DNA of 35,120 bases from a virus (Duplodnaviria > Caudoviricetes): IMG/VR virus record IMGVR_UViG_3300020043_000969, positions 1 through 35,120 of that record; one strand, 5' to 3'. Below the pieces are notes generated by a model. That model was given only the letters and a program-made list of their open reading frames with translations. It was not told the DNA's origin and made no database searches. A program made the position numbers and the translations under genes. Of the stretch, positions 1 through 6,770 are shown piece by piece; the stretch's first letter is position 1; the number at the start of each line of letters is the position of its first letter.

Positions 1-121
1 GGACATCAAAAAACAACTCGCCAGCAGGAACTTCTATATTCTTGACCTCTATCAATGGACTGCCTTCAATCACCTGAGTTTTTGCCCAATACGCATGGAT
101 TAAGTCTTGAGTTAGTGCAAA
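1..121. repeat. Terminal direct repeat, copy 1 (assembly overlap of a circular or circularly permuted genome)
   Basis: ggacatcaaa...gttagtgcaaa at 1-121 is identical to 35000-35120; one ORF reads through the join. Confidence 0.95.
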
Positions 122-391
122 AAATAGCACAGGGCGATCTTGCTGAAATAGCTTCTCTTTGCGTAGCCCAACATGAATGGTGGGATAGTGGCAGTAGTCC
201 CAGCCACGAACTTCTACTTCAATATAACCAACTAACTTATCTGCTCTATATACGAGCAAATCTACTCCATACACATTAGGGTTTTCCCTACACTCCAATC
301 CCCATTTCATCTTCACCCATTTTGTTACTGCATCCCTAGCTGGGGGATCGTATTGATCGTGAAGTGCTTGGTTAAATTGTTTGGTGGTCAT
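1..391 (-). CDS. PD-(D/E)XK-like nuclease, 144 aa, 5' part (continues across the junction to 34956); absent from ORF track
   Basis: Manual translation from ATG at 391: MTTKQFNQALHDQYDPPARDAV...NPNVYGVDLLVYRADKLVGYIEVEVRGW...; VD-x10-IEVE resembles the restriction-endonuclease fold motif. Confidence 0.7.
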   Translation of the reverse strand, partial: MTTKQFNQALHDQYDPPARDAVTKWVKMKWGLECRENPNVYGVDLLVYRADKLVGYIEVEVRGWDYCHYPTIHVGLRKEKLFQQDRPVLFFALTQDLIHAYWAKTQVIEGSPLIEVKNIEVPAGELFFDV

Positions 392-460
392 GGGTGCTAG
401 TTTGATAGGAAGTGAACTAGCAGAAAACTTGTGAAGGATGCAGCCTATCTCTTAGTGGGG

Positions 461-613
461 TTATGGGGCTAAAGCAGCTTCTTTTTGGGCCTTCAGCATT
501 GGCGCAGATTTACGGATTGTTTCTAGTTCCGTTTCAAACGCCTTCTCTATCTGCTCAATTGTAAAACCCTGCCTTAGAAACTTTAATACTAGATCGGTGA
601 CTTGTTGTTGCAT
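461..613 (-). CDS. Small hypothetical protein, 50 aa (not in ORF track)
   Basis: MQQQVTDLVLKFLRQGFTIEQIEKAFETELETIRKSAPMLKAQKEAALAP; AGGAG RBS upstream. Confidence 0.75.
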   Translation of the reverse strand: MQQQVTDLVLKFLRQGFTIEQIEKAFETELETIRKSAPMLKAQKEAALAP

Positions 614-621
614 ATCAACTC

Positions 622-876
622 CTAAAAAGGGATGTCATCGTCAATTGTAGGCTTAGGCATTTCGTCATCGCCCTTGGCCTTAAAGTTGCTGCGCTCCTTC
701 TCTTTGCCAATTGCAATGCTAAAGAACTTACCATTCTTACCTTCCTTAATCCAGCCACTTAGCCAATGCTCTTTGCCATTGACCATAATTGTTCCAGCGT
801 AATCAGGATGGGTCGGTTTCTCTTTGCGGTCATTCTTGAATAGCGATCCGCTACCTTCTTTTGGTTCATAAGCCAT
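622..876 (-). CDS. Small ssDNA-binding protein (DUF736-like) with SSB-type acidic tail
   Basis: HPDYAG...WLSGW...FFSI core; ends DDDIPF like bacterial SSB; next to exonuclease. Confidence 0.75.
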   Translation of the reverse strand: MAYEPKEGSGSLFKNDRKEKPTHPDYAGTIMVNGKEHWLSGWIKEGKNGKFFSIAIGKEKERSNFKAKGDDEMPKPTIDDDIPF

Positions 877-1486
877 TATTTATTTCCTTTAATTTAGAAT
901 ACATCTCACTCACTTCACCGAGGAATTTTTCTACTTCTGCTTCCATCGCCTTAATGTATTCCTCATCTCTCTCAAGGCGCACTACAAACAACTGCAAATC
1001 TTCCGGTAGGCGTGGGTCGTAACTTACAAAATCACACCACTCACGACCTGTTACTGCCATTTGGCATTGCATCTGCGGCACATACTTTGCAGGCGGTTTG
1101 CCACCCAATAAATACTTAATATGCGTTTTACTAGCTGGGCATTTAATCTCTACTAAACCAGTTTCACTAACCAGCCCGTCTGGGCTACATCCAAACCATT
1201 CTATCGTGGAATGATCTACAAAAGCAACCTGTTCTACAAATACATTGGCCTGCGCTTCATAAGCGATCCTAGCCATTGGTTCGGTCTGCGTACCCCATTC
1301 CATTGCCGCATTGGTAAACGACTCGCCTGGCTCGTTTGTGAGCCTTTGGACTACCAATTCTGTGCGGTAATCTTCCCTAGTGGCAGCCTCGCCCGATTTT
1401 CCTTTAGCCATGACATCAGCAATACGACTAGCCGTTACTTTGCCTAGCCTAATTGCCAACCATTCTGGCGATCCTTGCTCAATCAT
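866..1486 (-). CDS. YqaJ / lambda-exonuclease family 5'-3' exonuclease
   Basis: [42 protein letters not shown] motifs. Confidence 0.95.
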   Translation of the reverse strand: MIEQGSPEWLAIRLGKVTASRIADVMAKGKSGEAATREDYRTELVVQRLTNEPGESFTNAAMEWGTQTEPMARIAYEAQANVFVEQVAFVDHSTIEWFGCSPDGLVSETGLVEIKCPASKTHIKYLLGGKPPAKYVPQMQCQMAVTGREWCDFVSYDPRLPEDLQLFVVRLERDEEYIKAMEAEVEKFLGEVSEMYSKLKEINNGL

Positions 1487-1632
1487 TTGACCGCCTCTAG
1501 CAACTCTTTTGCTAATTCATTGGTTCGTACTGCCGCCTGTTGCGCTGCCTCTGCATTGCCTTTCAGCTCATAGTTATAGAAACTTCGCAGGGTTTTGACA
1601 ATATCTATATATACTTCTGAATAATCTCTCAT
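1483..1632 (-). CDS. Small hypothetical protein, 49 aa (not in ORF track)
   Basis: [49 protein letters not shown]; ATGA overlaps at both ends. Confidence 0.75.
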   Translation of the reverse strand: MRDYSEVYIDIVKTLRSFYNYELKGNAEAAQQAAVRTNELAKELLEAVK

Positions 1633-1829
1633 TCTTTATCTTCCATTGATTCGTTAGTTGGCTGGGTTATAAATGGTACATCAGACAGCTCATCCATTTC
1701 CCATTTTTTAGCAAACTCAGCAGACATGGCATCTATCGCAGCGTTCCAGCCCAGCGCAAAGTATTCCTGCGGATGGTACGGAATCTTCTCTAGGTTATTG
1801 AAAGCCTCTAGGCAATGTTTGTTTATCAT
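1629..1829 (-). CDS. Hypothetical protein
   Basis: ORF tiled in operon; likely start MINKH at an ATGA overlap. Confidence 0.7.
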   Translation of the reverse strand: MINKHCLEAFNNLEKIPYHPQEYFALGWNAAIDAMSAEFAKKWEMDELSDVPFITQPTNESMEDKE

Positions 1830-2029
1830 TTTTTCTTCCATTTATAGACAACACTACTGGTCTTTACCTCTGGAACAATATCCTCTATAGACTGGTTGCA
1901 AATCGCACGAAAATCAGCCCACTTCTTTTTGTAGAACTCCTGCTCACTAGCCGGAACATAATCATACAATTTTGCCCAGCGAATAGTAATGTCTGTTCCA
2001 GCCTTGGTATAAACATAATTATTTTGCAC
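1826..2029 (-). CDS. Hypothetical protein
   Basis: GTG start, tiled in early operon. Confidence 0.65.
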   Translation of the reverse strand: MQNNYVYTKAGTDITIRWAKLYDYVPASEQEFYKKKWADFRAICNQSIEDIVPEVKTSSVVYKWKKK

Positions 2030-2174
2030 TTTTCTTCCCCTTATATTTTTGTTCTGCGGATCTTTTTAAACATACCCCACATCTCCATCTTGTAACTGGC
2101 CCAGTCTTTACCAACTTAAAATCACTAGCTGGTCTTTCCACCTGGCAACTAGCACAGAATTTCCTTTCCACCAT
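2019..2174 (-). CDS. Small Zn-ribbon protein, 51 aa (not in ORF track)
   Basis: MVERKFCASCQVERPASDFKLVKTGPVTRWRCGVCLKRSAEQKYKGKKSAK; two CxxC pairs; fills operon gap. Confidence 0.7.
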   Translation of the reverse strand: MVERKFCASCQVERPASDFKLVKTGPVTRWRCGVCLKRSAEQKYKGKKSAK

Positions 2175-2349
2175 CCCAACCTTCCTTTAAATATCCATAC
2201 TCTGAAGCATCGCATACTGCTCTCAAATCGGAACACACATCGCACTTGTCCACCCATATTCTGTACTGGTGGTCTTTTGGTCTGTGTGTCCCCCATTTTG
2301 TTCCACATTCTGAACATACATTATCGGGTTGCTGTTGTGCTAGTTTCAT
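2149..2349 (-). CDS. Small Zn-finger protein
   Basis: CSECG...CDVC motifs. Confidence 0.7.
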   Translation of the reverse strand: MKLAQQQPDNVCSECGTKWGTHRPKDHQYRIWVDKCDVCSDLRAVCDASEYGYLKEGWDGGKEILC

Positions 2350-2893
2350 TTAGCATCACTTTCATCTGCTCGTAAGCTGCAACTAATTTACCCTGTTCGG
2401 CCTTATTTTTGTTGAATTTAGGGTAAGATAGAGCGTAGGCGGTTCGGAGTTCGGCAGGGCTTTCTGCTGCCTGCAAATTGCCAATGTAGTAATCTACTGG
2501 GAACTCAGGCTTTGCAGTTAATGGCTCAGACGAATCGAGCGCATCGTGTTCTACAATCTCCATTGCCGTAACCCATAAATACCTACGCTGATAGGTTTCT
2601 ACAGCTCCGATGTTCTGGACTTCATGGCATCCTTTTAGAGCTGCTGATCCCATTGGGCTAGTGATAACGACATTGCTGTTATCTTCCGTATCCACAATCG
2701 TTAAGGTAGCTATCTCTGTGCCGTAAGACACAATGCCGCAAAGCCCTAGATCGGAAAAGATGTTCTGTACGGTAGGCAAAAAATCACCCAGCTCAAAGTA
2801 GCGATACCCAGCAAACTTGTTATGACCTGACTTGGTAAGCTCTGTGTTTTGCAGCTTAATTCGTGCTTGGTTTAGTTTAATAAATACTGACAT
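2321..2893 (-). CDS. erf: ERF-superfamily ssDNA-annealing protein
   Basis: KSGHNKFAGYRYFEL.D and QNIGAVETYQRRY motifs; clustered with exonuclease and SSB. Confidence 0.85.
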   Translation of the reverse strand: MSVFIKLNQARIKLQNTELTKSGHNKFAGYRYFELGDFLPTVQNIFSDLGLCGIVSYGTEIATLTIVDTEDNSNVVITSPMGSAALKGCHEVQNIGAVETYQRRYLWVTAMEIVEHDALDSSEPLTAKPEFPVDYYIGNLQAAESPAELRTAYALSYPKFNKNKAEQGKLVAAYEQMKVMLNETSTTATR

Positions 2894-2904
2894 GGTTTTC
2901 CCCT

Positions 2905-3183
2905 TCACTTGGTTAAAAAATGTTCTGCAACAGCTTCTTGATACTCAAACGACAGGTAGTATAACTTCCTACCTAACTTCTCCCACTCTTTCTTTTCAAT
3001 GCAATCACGCAGAAAGGACTGCAAATCGGGATCATTACACTTTTGTTGTAGAGCTTCGCCCCACTTAAATATATCAGATGGGTCGTACTCTGGGTCGTTC
3101 TTAACGGTATCGTAGATACGCTCTTGCAGATCCAAACTGTAATCGTCATCTGCTGGCTCGTAGTAGTTGTCGTTGTTATACAT
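2905..3183 (-). CDS. Acidic hypothetical protein
   Basis: Start MYNNDNYYEP after GGAG RBS. Confidence 0.75.
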   Translation of the reverse strand: MYNNDNYYEPADDDYSLDLQERIYDTVKNDPEYDPSDIFKWGEALQQKCNDPDLQSFLRDCIEKKEWEKLGRKLYYLSFEYQEAVAEHFLTK

Positions 3184-3185
3184 AA

Positions 3186-3356
3186 TTATCTTCTCCACGA
3201 ATTGTTTAAAAATAAAAACGCTGGGGGGTTCTGCATAGGACAATCATTAGTCTTATAGCATGGCGTTTGGTCTACTACATCATTCTTATAGCGTTTGATT
3301 GGGATGGGCGCACAGCCCACCAGAGAAATTGCTAGGATTAGAGCCAAGGCTTTCAT
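3186..3356 (-). CDS. Small lipoprotein, 56 aa (not in ORF track)
   Basis: MKALALILAISLVG|CAPIPIKRYK...; type II signal with lipobox LVGC. Confidence 0.75.
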   Translation of the reverse strand: MKALALILAISLVGCAPIPIKRYKNDVVDQTPCYKTNDCPMQNPPAFLFLNNSWRR

Positions 3357-3448
3357 AATGTATATGCTCCAATACGAAAGCCATAAGTGCCAAGAACTAC
3401 AAGCACGATAACAAATCCTAACAAGCCACCTAAAATAATATCTTTCAT
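3353..3448 (-). CDS. Single-pass membrane peptide, 31 aa (not in ORF track)
   Basis: MKDIILGGLLGFVIVLVVLGTYGFRIGAYTL; AAGGAG RBS; ATGA-coupled to the lipoprotein. Confidence 0.7.
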   Translation of the reverse strand: MKDIILGGLLGFVIVLVVLGTYGFRIGAYTL

Positions 3449-3471
3449 TTCATACTCCTTCACGAGTGTTT

Positions 3472-3493
3472 AAAAATCTCCCCCGAAGGGGAG
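3472..3493 (-). terminator. Rho-independent terminator after first early gene
   Basis: Minus strand CTCCCC-TTCG-GGGGAG followed by ATTTTT. Confidence 0.75.
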
Positions 3494-3499
3494 TGTTTG

Positions 3500-3676
3500 T
3501 TAGGCTAACTCTACAGCTTTTTTAATTTGGTTTACATCAAAATTAGTGAATAGATCGCAAATTGCTAAAACCATTTCTTCTGATACTGGCTCTTTTGTTG
3601 CCAAGATCAATTCTGCTTGCGTTAGAACAAATGTTGTGCGGCTAATTTTGTTGCCTTGTTTAGTTGTGTATTCCAT
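3500..3676 (-). CDS. First leftward early gene, 58 aa hypothetical (not in ORF track)
   Basis: MEYTTKQGNKISRTTFVLTQAELILATKEPVSEEMVLAICDLFTNFDVNQIKKAVELA; AAGGAG RBS. Confidence 0.8.
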   Translation of the reverse strand: MEYTTKQGNKISRTTFVLTQAELILATKEPVSEEMVLAICDLFTNFDVNQIKKAVELA

Positions 3677-3699
3677 TTTGTTACTCCTTCACGAGTTGA

Positions 3700-3841
3700 T
3701 AAAATTTACTGCATGGATAAATCTTAATCCATAAATGTAGAGTTTTTACAAGGAATGTAGAAATATTTACAAAATGTTGCTTTTTTGCACTATGTTGCGT
3801 TTTTGCAAAGGTGTAGAATAAAAGTCTACATAGGAGAAACC
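3700..3841. promoter_or_regulatory. Divergent promoter region with three TGTA(GA)...(TC)TACA operator-like palindromes
   Basis: TGTAGAGTTTTTACA 3736-3750, TGTAGAAATATTTACA 3756-3771, TGTAGA-N7-TCTACA 3812-3830 overlapping TAGAAT (-10-like) and adjacent to the cro RBS. Confidence 0.65.
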
Positions 3842-4021
3842 ATGACCGCATTTGAAAAACTAATGGCAGAATTTGGCACAATCAAGAATCTATGCCAAAT
3901 CTTAGGGGTAAAGTATGTAACGGCCTATGCCTGGAAGATGAGAAACGGCATCCCTGCTAAATGGCATCAGAAGATCGTAGAAGCCTCGGAAGGTCGTATT
4001 ACTGAGCAAGACCTTGGCTAA
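3842..4021 (+). CDS. cro: Cro/YdaS-like HTH regulator
   Basis: FGTIKNLCQILGVKYVTAYAW...GIP...EGRIT pattern; AGGAG RBS; position at the divergence point. Confidence 0.8.
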   Translation: MTAFEKLMAEFGTIKNLCQILGVKYVTAYAWKMRNGIPAKWHQKIVEASEGRITEQDLG

Positions 4022-4328
4022 TAGCCAAAACAGCCGTACAGTCGCTTTGCTGGAGTCTAGGGGCTATAAGTGTGATGTAGTAGAGTCGTACAATAGCTTC
4101 ACAAGGCGCAAGAAAGACCTATTCCATATATTCGATATATTAGCTATAGGCAATGGCGAAACGGTAGGTGTCCAGATCACTAGCAAATCCAATATGAGCA
4201 GTAGGGTTAAAAAGATTAGCGAGTCTGAATATTTGCCCGAACTCATACGCAGCAAGTGGCGCATCCTTGTTTTGGGCTGGTACAAACAGCCTAATGGCAG
4301 ATGGGCTTGCAAAGAAACCGAGTTGTGA
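4014..4328 (+). CDS. Small PD-(D/E)XK nuclease (Holliday-junction-resolvase / VRR-NUC-like)
   Basis: LESRGY...DLFHIFDILAI...VQIT motif. Confidence 0.7.
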   Translation: MANSQNSRTVALLESRGYKCDVVESYNSFTRRKKDLFHIFDILAIGNGETVGVQITSKSNMSSRVKKISESEYLPELIRSKWRILVLGWYKQPNGRWACKETEL

Positions 4329-4336
4329 GGTAAGAT
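4307..4336 (+). promoter_or_regulatory. Putative sigma70 promoter for the non-coding block
   Basis: TTGCAA (4307-4312) - 18 bp - TAAGAT (4331-4336); implied start ~4342 coincides with the first hairpin. Confidence 0.55.
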
Positions 4337-4341
4337 ACCAT

Positions 4342-4533
4342 TTCCTATGTTGGAGGCTCAAACGACATACCAGCGACATAGGGATACAGCGCTACTGGGG
4401 GTAAAGGATGAAACAGCGCAATATAGGTGGCGAAGTTAGTGCCTATTCCTTGAACGACTGACGGGTTCTGTAACTCCGATGGAGCAGATGAAGGCGAATC
4501 TAGGTAGGCTAGGTTCGTTCACCGAAAGAGCAG
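4342..4533 (+). ncRNA. Putative structured ncRNA (five hairpins)
   Basis: Stems 4342-4352/4374-4384, 4389-4393/4415-4419, 4423-4428/4441-4446, 4467-4488, 4493-4503/4509-4519, several with G-U pairs; no ORF. Confidence 0.6.
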
Positions 4534-4550
4534 TAACCTTTAATACTACT

Positions 4551-4875
4551 AAGTCTTATTAAAGACTTGTTAATTATGTATCTCATTAGATACAAAACGA
4601 CAATGCAACTGCATTACTTACAAAATGCCCCGATCAGTAATTTTTGTGTAATTAACTACACTTTTTCTTACATTCTTCCCGATCAGGAAACTTTTTTCTA
4701 CACGCTATATGTGCTAGGTTGCTGTGCAAAAAATCCTGTTAAGTGCATGAATTATCAATAAAAAACCATGCAAAAATGTGACATGGTTGTCCGATATTTG
4801 TATATCTTTTTCGGACATAACAGTCTAAATTTAAACTTTAATACCGACATAAGTATTAAAGAAGTCGTTAATTAA
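4551..4875. repeat. Tandem array of distinct short inverted repeats (operator-like)
   Basis: About 11-12 palindromes of different sequence in ~325 bp; listed in findings. Confidence 0.75.
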
Positions 4876-4888
4876 ACCATTACAATTG

Positions 4889-4957
4889 ATGCGACCCCAG
4901 CCTTGGCGAATACTCTATCTGACTTTGAGTGGTTGGCTAAAGCGCATGGGGTCGTAT
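4889..4957 (+). ncRNA. Long imperfect hairpin (RNA element or leader)
   Basis: ATGCGACCCCA/TGGGGTCGTAT outer stem; TTGGC/GCTAA and TACTC/GAGTG inner stems. Confidence 0.5.
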
Positions 4958-5019
4958 ATACATTGTCTATACAAAAAAACACTTGCACAAATGTAGATTT
5001 GTAGATTAGTATTTAATTT

Positions 5020-5367
5020 ATGAAAAAAATACGAGCATCTACAGATGGCTTATGCGCTCAAGCCACATTTTGCTTTCCTTCCTGGGGAAACAAAGAGCTG
5101 CGAAAAAAATGGCTTGAAGACCGCACATTGCTTAAAGGTATTCTGAACGAGGGCGAGGTTATTCTTACCCCAGTTCAAATCCTTACAGATCCCAAAAATA
5201 AAACACTAATGATGGACAGCGTTACCGGAAGTCTTTATCGGGATGACGGATCTTGCTATACATCCGACAAATTAAAATTAATTGAGATTAAAGCAGAAAA
5301 AGATTTAGACAAAGTATTGCTAAGTATGAAGGCCATAAAAGCATTAGGAGGAGCAAGTGCCAACTGA
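5020..5367 (+). CDS. Hypothetical protein
   Basis: 115-aa ORF opening the middle operon; no clear RBS. Confidence 0.7.
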   Translation: MKKIRASTDGLCAQATFCFPSWGNKELRKKWLEDRTLLKGILNEGEVILTPVQILTDPKNKTLMMDSVTGSLYRDDGSCYTSDKLKLIEIKAEKDLDKVLLSMKAIKALGGASAN

Positions 5368-5572
5368 GTTTATTCCGTTTGCTGGTGAAGTAGACATCAG
5401 CAAAACTGCTATGGAATTAGCAGATGAGTTAGAAAGCGCAATGCAGTTTAGTAATGCAATGTATGCGTTAGTAGAAGCAGCAGAGATGCTAAGAGCGCAA
5501 GAGCTAAAAATCCGTGATATGCAGATGCGGATAGATAGCCTTACTGTTTACACAAACTATGGAGCGCACTAA
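5357..5572 (+). CDS. Hypothetical coiled-coil protein
   Basis: GGAGGAG RBS, GTG start. Confidence 0.75.
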   Translation: MPTEFIPFAGEVDISKTAMELADELESAMQFSNAMYALVEAAEMLRAQELKIRDMQMRIDSLTVYTNYGAH

Positions 5573-5814
5573 TGAACAATAAACCCGTAGCGTGGAGAAC
5601 ACATTACCCAAGTGGGTGGGAATATAAAGATGGCAATCCACCTTTTGAATTAAAAGAAAATTCACAACTTCTCTACACCCATCCAGCAAAGACACTAACA
5701 GATGAGGAAATAACACAAGTGTTTGATGAGTGTTACCCAAATAATGCTGATGGTGATGTAGTTACTTTGATTGATTTTGCTAGAGCAATACTAAGAAAGG
5801 CACAAGAGAAATGA
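5572..5814 (+). CDS. Conserved phage hypothetical protein (Ead/Ea22-like PVAW...LYT module)
   Basis: PVAW, LYTHPAKTLTDEEI, FARAILRKA motifs. Confidence 0.7.
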   Translation: MNNKPVAWRTHYPSGWEYKDGNPPFELKENSQLLYTHPAKTLTDEEITQVFDECYPNNADGDVVTLIDFARAILRKAQEK

Positions 5815-6035
5815 GTTTATGGCAAGCAGCAAACGATATAGAGGAATTATCATACAAACTTGCTAATGTAAGAGATATGGTTGAGCTGGTCGCAGCAGAT
5901 GTTAGCGACCCTTATAGTGGTGCATTGTGGGCCATCAAAGATATGATTGAGCATATTGAGGATAAGGTTGCCAAGCAAGCAGATGCGGTTATGGAGCTGT
6001 ATATGGCAGATCTAAAGAAAGCCAAGAAAAAATGA
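5811..6035 (+). CDS. Hypothetical protein
   Basis: ATGA-coupled ORF. Confidence 0.75.
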   Translation: MSLWQAANDIEELSYKLANVRDMVELVAADVSDPYSGALWAIKDMIEHIEDKVAKQADAVMELYMADLKKAKKK

Positions 6036-6151
6036 GCTTTACCATTTACGAGCCAAGCGGTCAGATGTTTATACAATGGTTTTCTAGCATAGACTTGCTG
6101 ATTGCAAGCATGGTAAAAAATCCACAAAACATTTATCACAGAAATAAATGA
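6032..6151 (+). CDS. Small hypothetical protein, 39 aa (not in ORF track)
   Basis: MSFTIYEPSGQMFIQWFSSIDLLIASMVKNPQNIYHRNK; ATGA overlaps at both ends. Confidence 0.7.
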   Translation: MSFTIYEPSGQMFIQWFSSIDLLIASMVKNPQNIYHRNK

Positions 6152-6387
6152 AAACACTAAAGTGGGTAGGAACTATTCTTTGTTTGTTTGGCATACTGCT
6201 GACTGCACTAAACATCTACCCAGCTAACATTCTTATAGGATTTATAGGCTCTGGCTTGTGGGCTGCGGCTGGATACGCTCAAGACGATATGGCCTTGTTT
6301 ACAGTAGAGATAGTAGCTGTTGCTTTTTACTTTGCAGGCATAGTATTATTTGTAACCAGTCAACTTAATAAGTGGGGGCTTTTATGA
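6148..6387 (+). CDS. Small 3-TM membrane protein
   Basis: Three hydrophobic segments; LKWVGT...NIYP.N pattern. Confidence 0.8.
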   Translation: MKTLKWVGTILCLFGILLTALNIYPANILIGFIGSGLWAAAGYAQDDMALFTVEIVAVAFYFAGIVLFVTSQLNKWGLL

Positions 6388-6770
6388 GTTTTGATGCGTT
6401 GTGGGGGATGTATCCAAGAAAGGTAGCAAAGCGTGTAGCGCAAAAGAGTTTTGAGCGCCTCACACAAGCAGAGCAAGCATTGGCATTAGCAGTAATGCCA
6501 AACCATATTACTTATTGGAAAACGCAGGATACGCAACTAGCGTACATACCGCATTTAGCCACTTGGCTTAACCAGTATCGGTTTGAGGATCAGATTGTCA
6601 TTGAGCCGCCAAAAGTAAACAAGCGACCAGAGTTGCCTTGGTACAGCTCGGAAGAACTAACGATAAAAAAAGCACAAGAGATAGGAGTACAAGCGTATGC
6701 CGGAGAAGGATGGCAGCAATGGAGAGCTAGGATCAGCAATAAGATTAAACAACTCGAAGAACAGCTATAG
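6384..6770 (+). CDS. Replication-initiator C-terminal-domain protein (no N-terminal HTH)
   Basis: FDALWGMYPRKVAK...YIPHLATWLNQYRFED resembles the C-terminal region of lambdoid O / replisome-organizer proteins. Confidence 0.65.
   Translation: MSFDALWGMYPRKVAKRVAQKSFERLTQAEQALALAVMPNHITYWKTQDTQLAYIPHLATWLNQYRFEDQIVIEPPKVNKRPELPWYSSEELTIKKAQEIGVQAYAGEGWQQWRARISNKIKQLEEQL

Noticed and set aside
55-279. 74-aa plus-strand ORF
   Set aside because: Shadow of the better-supported minus-strand nuclease gene
4458-4530. Hammerhead ribozyme (CTGACGG...CGAAA)
   Set aside because: The core reads CUGACGG rather than CUGANGA, and I could not build stems I and III around a cleavage triplet; kept only as part of the unknown RNA
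4567-4761. 64-aa ORF inside the palindrome array
   Set aside because: TTG start, no RBS, atypical composition
4551-4972. CRISPR array or iteron origin
   Set aside because: No constant direct repeat; only CCCGATCAG and a (C/G)GACATAA element recur. An origin role is not excluded, but it is not iteron-like
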